This document shows positions 34,253 through 42,764 of a stretch of 64,000 bases of DNA, piece by piece. Under the pieces are notes generated by a model, which saw only the letters and a program-made list of their open reading frames with translations, was not told where the DNA came from and ran no database searches. The first letter of the stretch is position 1; each line of letters starts with the position of its first letter. Position numbers and translations under genes: made by a program. The DNA is from an uncultured Desulfatibacillum sp. (GTDB lineage: Bacteria; Desulfobacterota; Desulfobacteria; Desulfobacterales; SpSt-501): positions 38,892-102,891 of the forward strand of contig CAYRUF010000006.1 in NCBI GenBank assembly GCA_964427375.1. The letters are read 5' to 3'.

Positions 34253-35077
34253 ATGAACGCCGATTTTTCGGCCCTGGACCGGCCGGAGGTTCTGAGGGTC
34301 CTCTTCCATCCCCGCCGGGACTACGGCCTGCCCATGGACGGCCCACCCGAAGCTACGGCCGGATTCCCGCGGGTGCAGGACGTCCTGGTCCCCGTCGCAG
34401 ACGACATCGCCGTCGGCGCCCGCTTCCACTTGGGCGGCCCTTCCCACGCCAACATCCTTTTCTTCCACGGCAACGGCGAAATCGCGGCCGACTACGACGA
34501 GATCGGCCCTTTCTACAACCGGATCGGGGTCAACTACCTGGCCGCCGATTACCGCGGCTACGGCCGTTCGACCGGGCATCCAACCGTAGCGGCCATGATG
34601 CAGGACTGCCGCACGGTCTATCATTTCGCTGCCGCCTGGTTGGCTCAAAACGGCTTCACCGGGCCGCTCATTGTCATGGGCCGCTCCCTGGGCAGCGCCT
34701 CCGCCATCGAGCTGGCGGCGGCATACCCAGAGCGGGTCGCCGGCCTCATCGTCGAGAGCGGATTCGCCTATGCCGGTCCGCTGGTCCGGCTCTTGGGGGT
34801 CGATCCGGCTCGAATCGGCTTTCGCGAGGAGTCCGCCTTCCGGCACATCGAGAAGATCGGCCAAGTCCGGAAACCCGTTTTGCTTATCCATGCCGAATTC
34901 GACCACATCATCCCATTTTCCGAGGGGCAGGCGCTCTTCGACGCCTGCCCCTCGCCCGCCAAAACGCTGCTCAAGATACCGGGCGCCAACCACAACGACA
35001 TCCTGGCCGTCGCGTTCGACGGCTACATGGCCGCGATCCAGCGCTTCACCGCCGCCCTCCCTCCGGTTTCCGCTTAA
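34253..35077 (+). CDS. Alpha/beta hydrolase (S33/BAAT-like serine hydrolase)
   Basis: HGNGE, nucleophile elbow GRSLGS, HAEFDHIIP, GANHND (Ser-Asp-His). Confidence 0.8.
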   Translation: MNADFSALDRPEVLRVLFHPRRDYGLPMDGPPEATAGFPRVQDVLVPVADDIAVGARFHLGGPSHANILFFHGNGEIAADYDEIGPFYNRIGVNYLAADYRGYGRSTGHPTVAAMMQDCRTVYHFAAAWLAQNGFTGPLIVMGRSLGSASAIELAAAYPERVAGLIVESGFAYAGPLVRLLGVDPARIGFREESAFRHIEKIGQVRKPVLLIHAEFDHIIPFSEGQALFDACPSPAKTLLKIPGANHNDILAVAFDGYMAAIQRFTAALPPVSA

Positions 35078-35107
35078 GTTCCTGCCTCTTTGGGACGATA
35101 GACTAAC

Positions 35108-35150
35108 AAAAGGCCGCCTCCCGCCGCGGAATTCCGGCCGGCAGGCCTTT
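35108..35150 (+). terminator. Hairpin downstream of the hydrolase gene
   Basis: AAAGGCC...CGGAATTCCG...GGCCTTT nested palindromes followed by CAAA. No strong U tract. Confidence 0.35.
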
Positions 35151-35190
35151 CAAACCCATCTGCTCGACAGAAATCGGTGGAACAAGATCG

Positions 35191-36426
35191 ATGACGGCGG
35201 TTCGAACCAAAAAGCTCAAACCCGGCATGGTGCTGGCCGATGATGTCCGCGACATCAAGGGCCGGCTGCTGCTGTCCCGCGGCAAACCCCTCGGCCCGGA
35301 GCATATCCGCATATTCAAGATCTGGGGGATTCCGCAGGTGGAGATCGCCGGTGCTTCCGACGAAGCGGATGCCGCCGCACCGGCCCCCGTCGATCCGGCT
35401 TGGCTGGAGGCCGCCCGCCAGGAAGCCGAGCCGCTGTTCATCCTCACCGACCGGGACCACCCGGCCATCCAAGAGATCTTCAACCAGGCGGTCCAATACC
35501 GTGCCGGCCGGCGCACCCGGCCGCTGCCCGAGCGCCTTCCGCCGCAAGCGTTATCCGCACCCGTCCGAGATCCGGACAAGGATTTTCTGGAGAAATTCAT
35601 CGATCAGGACCTCGCTCTGCCGGAAATTCCTTCCATCGTGATCGAGCTGAACGAGGTCATCGCAGACCCTCTGTCCACGGCCGATCAGATGGCCCAAGTG
35701 ATCAACAAGAGCCCCAGTCTGACCGCCCTGCTCTTGAAAATCGTGAACTCGTCCTTCTACGGCCTGCCGTCCCGGGTGGACCGCGTGTCGCTGGCGGTCA
35801 CCCTGATCGGAACCCGCGAGCTGTCGTCGCTGGCGCTGGGGATCAGCATCTTGTCGTATTTCAAGAGCATCCCCAGCAGCCTCCTGACCATGCGCTCGTT
35901 CCTGAAGCACAGTCTGGCCTGCGGCATCATGTCGCGGCTGCTGGCGGCGCAGAAGAGCCTGCGGCAAACCGAGCAGATGTTCACCACCGGCCTGCTGCAC
36001 GATATCGGGCGGCTGATCCTCTTCATCTATTTCCCGGAAGAAGCCCTCGGTTGCCTGCATCAGGCCCGCCGGACATCCGAACGACTTTACCAGGTGGAGC
36101 GGAAACGCCTGGGCTGCCATCATGCCCAAATCGGGAAGTACCTGCTGAACCGCTGGCGGCTGCCCCTGATCATCGAAAACACGGTCTGCTTTCATCATGA
36201 GCCGGCCGAGGCTCCGGACCCGATTCCGGCCGCTATCGTGCATGTCGCCGACCTGATAGCGAACGCCCTGGGGATCGGCACCAGCGGCGAACGCCTGGTC
36301 CCGCCCCTCGACGCCCGCGCGTGGGGGTCGCTGGAGCTGTCTCCCAGCTGCTTCGAGGTCGTGATCCAGCAGACCATCCACCAACTCAACAACCTGGAAT
36401 TTCTATTGCCGGAAAACCAACCATGA
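35191..36426 (+). CDS. HDOD domain signalling protein
   Basis: LPEIPSIVIELNEVIADPLST...INKSPSLTALLLKIVNSSFYGL...HHAQIGKYLL is an HDOD/HD-like pattern. Confidence 0.85.
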   Translation: MTAVRTKKLKPGMVLADDVRDIKGRLLLSRGKPLGPEHIRIFKIWGIPQVEIAGASDEADAAAPAPVDPAWLEAARQEAEPLFILTDRDHPAIQEIFNQAVQYRAGRRTRPLPERLPPQALSAPVRDPDKDFLEKFIDQDLALPEIPSIVIELNEVIADPLSTADQMAQVINKSPSLTALLLKIVNSSFYGLPSRVDRVSLAVTLIGTRELSSLALGISILSYFKSIPSSLLTMRSFLKHSLACGIMSRLLAAQKSLRQTEQMFTTGLLHDIGRLILFIYFPEEALGCLHQARRTSERLYQVERKRLGCHHAQIGKYLLNRWRLPLIIENTVCFHHEPAEAPDPIPAAIVHVADLIANALGIGTSGERLVPPLDARAWGSLELSPSCFEVVIQQTIHQLNNLEFLLPENQP

Positions 36427-38243
36427 ACGGCGGCATTCCCTATACCACCGAACAGCTGCTCACCCGCATCGACTATCTCGAGGAAAACCGGCGGTTCGTC
36501 CAAAACGTGCTGGAGATGGCGCTGTCCCTCGTGGATTTCCAGGAAAACATCCTCAACAGCTATGGGCCCGAAACCATTCTGGAAGAGGCCGAAAAGCGGA
36601 TCCGCTACCTGATACCGTTCGATGCCAATGCGCTGTACATCGTCAATCAGGACAGTTCCGATTTTCAGCTGGCGGTATGCAACCCTCCGGGAATGCGCGC
36701 GGCCCTGGCCGGGGATGTGGAGGATGCGATCGAGAAAGGCTTTTTCGCCTGGGCCATCCGCGAGCGGCGCGGCATTTCCGTCGCCTCCCGCGACCGTTCC
36801 AAGCGCCTGGTGCTGCATGTGATTGCCACCCACTCGCGCATCCGGGGGATGTTCGTCGGCCAGATGGACAACCGCAAGCAGATTCCGGACACCTCTTTGA
36901 CGCTGCTGTCGATCATCCTGCTCAACACGGCCAACGCCCTGGAGAGCCTGGAATTCTACCGGATGCTGCGCCATCAGAAGACAACCCTGGAGAAGCAGGT
37001 GGAGGAGCGCACCCAGGCCCTGGCCGAGTCCGAACGCCAGATGCAGCAGGTGTTGAAGCTCCAGGCCATCGGGACGCTGGCCGGCGGGATCGCGCACGAC
37101 TTCAACAACATCCTCTTTCCGATCATCGGCTACACCGAAATCAGCATGGACGACGTGCCGGAGGACAGCCCGATCCGGCGCAACCTCGAGGAAATCCTCA
37201 AGGCCGCCAACCGCGCCCGGGAACTCGTTCAGCAGATTCTGACCTTCAGCCGCCAGAACGGCCGCGAACGCAAGCCGATCCGGGTCCAGGTCATCGTCAA
37301 GGAGGCCTTGCGCCTGTTGCGCGCATCCATTCCCAAGACCATCGACATCCGCACCGACCTTGAAGAAGGCTGCAACGCGATCATGGGAGATCCCACCCAG
37401 ATCCACCAGGTCATCATGAACCTGTGCACCAACGCTTACCAGGCGATGCAGGAAACCGGCGGGACCCTGGACGTGCGCCTGGCGGAGACCTACATCGACT
37501 ACGAGGAGACGGTCAAGCGCATCGGCATCAAGATGGGTCCGCATTTGCACCTGATCGTCAGGGACGAGGGCGTGGGCATGGAGCCGGCGGTGTTGCACCG
37601 CATCTTCGAGCCGTACTACACGACCAAGGAACCCGGCAAGGGCACGGGGCTGGGGCTTTCGGTCATCCACGGCATCGTCAAGAACCACGGCGGATTCATC
37701 ACCGTGGAGAGCGCCCCGGGCCGCGGCAGCACGTTCCACGTGTATCTGCCGACCCTGGAAGATACGGAGGCCGAAATCGAGGAGGCGGCCAGCGCGGGAA
37801 AAAGCGGCGGCAGCGAACGCATCCTTCTGGTGGACGACGAGCCGCAAATCGTCGCCATGGAAAAGCAGATGCTGGAAAAGCTGGGCTACCGCGTGACCAC
37901 CCAACTCAGCAGCACCGAGGCCCTGGAAACTTTCGCCGCCCAGCCGGACCAGTTCGATCTGGTCATCACCGACATGACCATGCCGCAGATGACCGGCGAC
38001 CAGATGGCCCGCCGCATCTGGGATATCCGGCCAGGCATCCCGGTCATCCTCTGCACCGGGTACAACGAAATGATGTCCGAAGACAAAGCGATTGCCCTAG
38101 GCATCCGCAAGTTCATCCTCAAGCCCATCGACAAGGATGAGCTGGCCATGGCGATCCGCAGCGCCCTGAACACCCACCCCACGCCCTACCTCGCCCCGAG
38201 GAAAGAACCGGCGCCGGCCGCCTCCGTGCAGCCCCCCGCCTGA
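36423..38243 (+). CDS. Hybrid sensor histidine kinase / response regulator with GAF-like N-terminal domain
   Basis: ATGA overlap with the HDOD gene. H-box GGIAHDFNNIL, G-box GTGLGLS. Receiver ILLVDDEP...DLVITDMTMPQMTG...ILKP. Confidence 0.9.
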   Translation: MNGGIPYTTEQLLTRIDYLEENRRFVQNVLEMALSLVDFQENILNSYGPETILEEAEKRIRYLIPFDANALYIVNQDSSDFQLAVCNPPGMRAALAGDVEDAIEKGFFAWAIRERRGISVASRDRSKRLVLHVIATHSRIRGMFVGQMDNRKQIPDTSLTLLSIILLNTANALESLEFYRMLRHQKTTLEKQVEERTQALAESERQMQQVLKLQAIGTLAGGIAHDFNNILFPIIGYTEISMDDVPEDSPIRRNLEEILKAANRARELVQQILTFSRQNGRERKPIRVQVIVKEALRLLRASIPKTIDIRTDLEEGCNAIMGDPTQIHQVIMNLCTNAYQAMQETGGTLDVRLAETYIDYEETVKRIGIKMGPHLHLIVRDEGVGMEPAVLHRIFEPYYTTKEPGKGTGLGLSVIHGIVKNHGGFITVESAPGRGSTFHVYLPTLEDTEAEIEEAASAGKSGGSERILLVDDEPQIVAMEKQMLEKLGYRVTTQLSSTEALETFAAQPDQFDLVITDMTMPQMTGDQMARRIWDIRPGIPVILCTGYNEMMSEDKAIALGIRKFILKPIDKDELAMAIRSALNTHPTPYLAPRKEPAPAASVQPPA

Positions 38244-38349
38244 TCCGCCCGACTCGGATTTCACGTTCACCGAGCGGCGCTGCGGGTCCGACCAGACGTA
38301 TCTCCCTCCAGCGGAAAACCATTTGAATTTCATAGGACGATGGCGCTAT

Positions 38350-38389
38350 AAATTCGAAACACGGATTTCGCGCTTCGGATTTCGAATTT
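38350..38389. promoter_or_regulatory. 10-bp inverted repeat AAATTCGAAA/TTTCGAATTT enclosing tandem CGGATTTCG motifs, next to a TATAAA box
   Basis: IR arms at 38350-38359 and 38380-38389. CGGATTTC at 38255, 38362 and 38376. Ends 20 nt upstream of ATG 38409. Confidence 0.3.
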
Positions 38390-38408
38390 GGTCTAGAGGG
38401 GGCCACCC

Positions 38409-38693
38409 ATGGCGAAACACACCCATCAGTTCATCGAGCGCTATGAAGGACTCGTCGGTTTCGGCCTCGACCGGAAGACGGATGAAAGCACGATCATCTG
38501 CTACCTCCAGAAGTTTTCCGACGATGCGGTCATGAACGCCATCATCCAGCGGCTGGAGGATTCCGAGCTGGCCGACGTGTTCGACCTGATCAACCGCCTG
38601 CTGCGGCGGCACTTCACCGAAGCCGAATACCACCGGTTGTTTCTGAAGGACGACGAGAGCGCCGACCGGAGCGGAGCGGAGGGGTCATGCTGA
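38409..38693 (+). CDS. Hypothetical cytoplasmic protein (94 aa)
   Basis: RBS AGAGGGGG. Natural composition. 7-nt overlap with the downstream aminopeptidase gene. Confidence 0.55.
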   Translation: MAKHTHQFIERYEGLVGFGLDRKTDESTIICYLQKFSDDAVMNAIIQRLEDSELADVFDLINRLLRRHFTEAEYHRLFLKDDESADRSGAEGSC

Positions 38694-39886
38694 CCGAGAA
38701 GCACCTCGAAAACTACGCCGACGTGCTTTGGTGGGGTCTGACCACCGCCCGCCGCCGGCGCTTCCGAAAAGGAGACCTCGTCCAGATCCGGTTTCATTCC
38801 GGAGCGCTGCGCCTGGCCGAGATCCTGCACCGCAAGCTGATCGAAAAGGGGCTTCAGCCGATCGTTCGGCTGGCGCGCACGACCGACATGGATCGCAGTT
38901 TTTACCATTTGGCCAGCCGGCAGCAGCTCGCTTTCATCCCGCCCGGCGAGGAGCATCTCTCGCGGCGCCTGAACGGCAGCATCTTCCTGAATGCACCCGA
39001 ATCCCTCACCCATCTGCGCGCGGCCGCCCCCGAGCGCATCGCGGCGGCCGCCCTCGCCGCCCATCCGCTGCGCACGCTGCTCGAAGCGCGCGAAGCCCGC
39101 GGCGAATATGCCTGGACCCTCTGCCTGCTGCCCACCCCCGCGCTGGCCCAGCATGCCGGGCTCAGCCTGGCCCAGTACACCCGCCAGGTGGTGAACGCCT
39201 GTTTTCTGGAGGCGGCCGAGCCCGTCTCCGAGTGGCGGCGAATCCATCGCCGGGCGGCCGCGATCAAACGCTGGCTGGACCGCCTGCCGGTCGCCTCTTT
39301 CCAGGTGGAATCCGCCTCAACCGACCTCATCATCCCCCTGGGGGCGCGGCGGCGGTGGGCCGGGGTGTCGGGCCGGAACATCCCCAGTTTTGAGCTGTTC
39401 GTGAGCCCGGACTGGCGCGGCGTGCGCGGGGTGTACGGCGCCGACCAGCCGTCTTTTCGAAACGGCAACATGGTGCGCGGCGTGCGCCTGGAATTCAGGG
39501 ACGGACGCCTGGTGCGCTCCGCGGCAGCCGAGGGCGGGCGTTTCCTGAAGCGGCAGCTGGCCATGGACGCCGGCGCCAGCCGGGTCGGGGAATTCTCGCT
39601 CACCGACCGCCGGTTTTCCCGAATCACCCGCTTCATGGCCAACACGCTCTTCGACGAGAACTACGGCGGGCGCTTCGGGAACTGCCACGTGGCGCTCGGC
39701 TCCTCGTTCGCCAACACCTATGCCGGAGACCCCCGCCGACTCTCGCCCGCAACAAAGGATCGACTGGGCTTCAACCAGTCCGCCCTGCACTGGGATTTCG
39801 TCAATACCGAAAAAAAGCGGGTGACGGCCGTGTTGTCCGACGGAACCCGGAAAGTGATCTATGAAAACGGGGAGTTTCCCGATTAG
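38687..39886 (+). CDS. M29-family aminopeptidase (AmpS/PepS-like)
   Basis: 399 aa. MLTEKHLENYADVLWWGL..., ending ...HVALGSSFANTY and ALHWDFV, typical of thermophilic metalloprotease M29. Confidence 0.8.
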   Translation: MLTEKHLENYADVLWWGLTTARRRRFRKGDLVQIRFHSGALRLAEILHRKLIEKGLQPIVRLARTTDMDRSFYHLASRQQLAFIPPGEEHLSRRLNGSIFLNAPESLTHLRAAAPERIAAAALAAHPLRTLLEAREARGEYAWTLCLLPTPALAQHAGLSLAQYTRQVVNACFLEAAEPVSEWRRIHRRAAAIKRWLDRLPVASFQVESASTDLIIPLGARRRWAGVSGRNIPSFELFVSPDWRGVRGVYGADQPSFRNGNMVRGVRLEFRDGRLVRSAAAEGGRFLKRQLAMDAGASRVGEFSLTDRRFSRITRFMANTLFDENYGGRFGNCHVALGSSFANTYAGDPRRLSPATKDRLGFNQSALHWDFVNTEKKRVTAVLSDGTRKVIYENGEFPD

Positions 39887-40296
39887 ACGCCGGCCTCGGT
39901 CACGGCGGGGGTCTCCTGGAAGGGCTGAGGCGCGGCTTCCGAAACCAAGAAGCCGACGAAGAGATTTTGAACCATCTCGATGAGCTGCTTCAACGGAAAC
40001 GGTTTGGGCAGAATCCGGTCGAAGCCGGCGCCATGCAGCAGCCACGGAGTTCCGGACATGCCCACGACCGGCGTCCGTCCGCGTGCGGATCTGCGAATGT
40101 GCTGCAGCACGCCGTTTCCATCGAGATGCGGCATGAGGTAATCGGTGATCACCACATCGAAATGCCCGTGGTCGTACTTGCGGATGCCTTCTCGGCCGTC
40201 CGGTGCGGTTTCAACCCGATACCCGAACCGGGTCAGGGCGGCCTCGATCAGACCCAGAATCCCGTTATCGTCCTCAATAACCAATACCGACCCCAT
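39883..40296 (-). CDS. Stand-alone CheY-like response regulator receiver
   Basis: ATG 40296 after AAGGAG. VLVIEDD...DVVITDYLMPHLDG...LPKPF. Confidence 0.85.
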   Translation of the reverse strand: MGSVLVIEDDNGILGLIEAALTRFGYRVETAPDGREGIRKYDHGHFDVVITDYLMPHLDGNGVLQHIRRSARGRTPVVGMSGTPWLLHGAGFDRILPKPFPLKQLIEMVQNLFVGFLVSEAAPQPFQETPAVTEAGV

Positions 40297-40405
40297 GCTG
40301 CCACTCCTTCCTGCAGCCGGACGAACGGCTGGCTGCAACGCATGGTCTGAAAATGTTTCCGATCAGACCCGGTTCGGCTTCCGGAAAATCAAGAGACGCG
40401 AGAGA

Positions 40406-40421
40406 TGCGAGGGTGGTGCCA
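40406..40421 (-). promoter_or_regulatory. Sigma54-type promoter candidate (TGGCAC-N5-TCGCA) upstream of the response regulator
   Basis: The minus strand reads TGGCACCACCCTCGCA. GG and GC have the correct 10-nt separation, with one mismatch in the -12 element. Confidence 0.3.
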
Positions 40422-40706
40422 TGGCGGAATATGTAGGGAAGGGAGGCAGGCTTGTCAAACCGCAAAAAAAGATAAAGATCTCGAAAGCCGTCTAAATTAT
40501 CAACAATTTTTATCTTGGCGAAAGCATGGGGTTTTCGAAGAGACCCGGCGTTAAACCCGCCTGCCGTGCCCCTTGCCGCAGATTGGACCGATTGGCAACG
40601 ATTTCATCGGGATCGGGGCAATATCGGCGGCAGCCGCAGGCTGCGGCCGACCCTCCGAACTGCTTGAATCGTCGATTATCTCCGTTTTCCTGGAAAGGGA
40701 TGAACG

Positions 40707-41204
40707 CTAAACCTTGTATTTGCCAAAATCCTCCGACGACAGCTTCTCAAGGTAATCGGCCCACTTCTTACCCTCTTCACTCGTGTCTGCGATCTCAACG
40801 TCCGGCTCGCGGGTCTTGGAATGCTGGATGACAGCATCTTCCACGAAAATCGGCGCTTCGAAGCGCAGGGCCAGGGCAATGGCATCGCTGGGGCGCGCAT
40901 CCATCTCGAACGTCTTGCCCTCGGAGAGGAAATGAATGCGGGCGTAAAACGTGTTGTCCCGCAGGTCGCAAACCTCGACGCGCGCGACGGAAATCTGAAG
41001 CTGCTCGGCAAAGTTCCGGAAAAGGTCGTGGGTCATGGGCCGTTCGTATTTGATCTTCTGAAGCGCGGAGGCGATGGAGGTGGCCTCCAACAAGCCGATC
41101 CAGATGGGCACGGCCTGCTCGTCGTCCTCGGTCTTCAGGATGATGATCGGCGTGTTTGAGGCCGGGTCCATGGTTAATCCGGCGATGTTGACTCTGCGCA
41201 GCAT
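40707..41204 (-). CDS. Bifunctional nuclease (BFN/DUF151) family protein
   Basis: MLRRVNIAGLTMDPASNTPIIILK...VPIWIGLLEATSIA...RPMTHDL...ARPSDAIALAL is the conserved DUF151 pattern. Confidence 0.85.
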   Translation of the reverse strand: MLRRVNIAGLTMDPASNTPIIILKTEDDEQAVPIWIGLLEATSIASALQKIKYERPMTHDLFRNFAEQLQISVARVEVCDLRDNTFYARIHFLSEGKTFEMDARPSDAIALALRFEAPIFVEDAVIQHSKTREPDVEIADTSEEGKKWADYLEKLSSEDFGKYKV

Positions 41205-41217
41205 GAAGCACCTCTCT

Positions 41218-42609
41218 CTAAGGATGTCCGCATGCGTGGGACCGCTCCAGGCGCCCCCACAGTGAATGCGCCAGCCCCCGTTCGATGCGAACCGGCACGA
41301 GCCGGCCGGGACGGATGCACTCGGCATCCCCGCCCGGGCCACCGTCGTAGAAATGAACAATCTTGTTGCCCCGGGTCCTGCCCGTCCATTGCTTCCCGAA
41401 GCCGGCCGCAGCGGCCGCCGGCCGCTTGCTGTAGCCTTCCACCAGGATCTCCTGCACCGAGCCGACCAGGCTCTGGTGCTTGGCGGCGGTGATGCGGTCC
41501 TGGAGCGCGAGCACGGCGTGCAGGCGCTCGCGCTTTTCCCGCTCCGGAACCTTGTCGGCAAGCCGTCGGGCGGGCGTGTTCGGACGGTCCGAGTACATGA
41601 AGGCGAACACGCTGTCGAATTCGACCTGCTGCAAAAGGTCCAGGGTCGCCTCGAATTCGGTTCGGGTCTCGCCCGGGAAACCGACGATGATATCCGAGGT
41701 AATGGAGATCTGACGAGAACTATTCCGTAGTTTGGCAACGTTGTCAAGGTAATGCTCGCGCGTATAACGCCGGTTCATGCAGGCCAGGATCCGATTGGAA
41801 CCGGACTGGACCGGCAGATGGATGTGCGGGCAAAGCTTATCGAGGGTGGCAAAGCTTTCGATCAGCGCCGGGGTCAGGTCTTTGGGATGGGAGGTGGTGA
41901 ACCGGATGCGCGCCAGATCGGTTACAGCGTTCACCTGCTCCAACAGCTGCGCGAACGAACAGATTCCCTCCTTGGCGCCGTAGCTGTTCACGTTCTGCCC
42001 GAGCAGCGTGACTTCGCGGACCCCGGTTGCACACCATCCGCGGATTTCATTCAGAATCGCGTCCGGAGGCCGGCTGGTCTCGCGTCCGCGAACATAGGGC
42101 ACGACGCAGTAGGCGCAATAGTTGTCGCAGCCGCGCATGATGGTCACAAACCGCGAAACTCCGTTGCGGTCCGCCGCGCCCGGCGCTTCGGCCGGCTCAT
42201 CCGGCGACTCGTCCATCTCCACCGCCACCAGCGGGCGGGAGTGGGTCTGCAGCCGCATCAGCAAGGATCCCAGGCGGTGGACCGCTCGGGTTCCGAGGAC
42301 CAGATCCACGTGCGGCGCACGCTCCCGGATGCGTTCGCCCTCCTGCTGGGCCACGCAGCCGGCCACCACGACGACCAGCTCCGGCCGCCGGGCTTTGACG
42401 GCGGCCAGTTGACCCAGCAGGCTGAAAGCCTTCTGCTCGGCCTTGGCGCGCACGGAGCAGGTGTTGACGACGACGAGGTCGGACGAATCGGCGGAGGGCG
42501 CAGGGCCATACCCCAGCGCCGCCAGGCTCCGGGCGATGCGTTCGGAGTCGGAAACGTTCATCTGACAGCCGATGGTGTGAATGTAGAATGATCTGGGTTG
42601 CATGATCAT
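41218..42609 (-). CDS. miaB: tRNA-i6A37 methylthiotransferase MiaB
   Basis: FYIHTIGCQMNVSDSE, NTCSVRAKAE, radical SAM RGCDNYCAYC, TRAM C-terminus. Start uncertain (42609, 42603 or 42651). Confidence 0.9.
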   Translation of the reverse strand: MIMQPRSFYIHTIGCQMNVSDSERIARSLAALGYGPAPSADSSDLVVVNTCSVRAKAEQKAFSLLGQLAAVKARRPELVVVVAGCVAQQEGERIRERAPHVDLVLGTRAVHRLGSLLMRLQTHSRPLVAVEMDESPDEPAEAPGAADRNGVSRFVTIMRGCDNYCAYCVVPYVRGRETSRPPDAILNEIRGWCATGVREVTLLGQNVNSYGAKEGICSFAQLLEQVNAVTDLARIRFTTSHPKDLTPALIESFATLDKLCPHIHLPVQSGSNRILACMNRRYTREHYLDNVAKLRNSSRQISITSDIIVGFPGETRTEFEATLDLLQQVEFDSVFAFMYSDRPNTPARRLADKVPEREKRERLHAVLALQDRITAAKHQSLVGSVQEILVEGYSKRPAAAAAGFGKQWTGRTRGNKIVHFYDGGPGGDAECIRPGRLVPVRIERGLAHSLWGRLERSHACGHP

Positions 42610-42764
42610 GGGCGCCGAAGCGGCGGCGGGAGAATGGGTTACCATGTGCATCGATACCCGTTCAGTATAACCACCTCCCGCGGGAATGCAACTCGAAACA
42701 GGACTCGTGACCCGATCGGTTTTCAATTGAGGTCGCCCCCCGGATCGGGTATAAGGGCCGCCGG

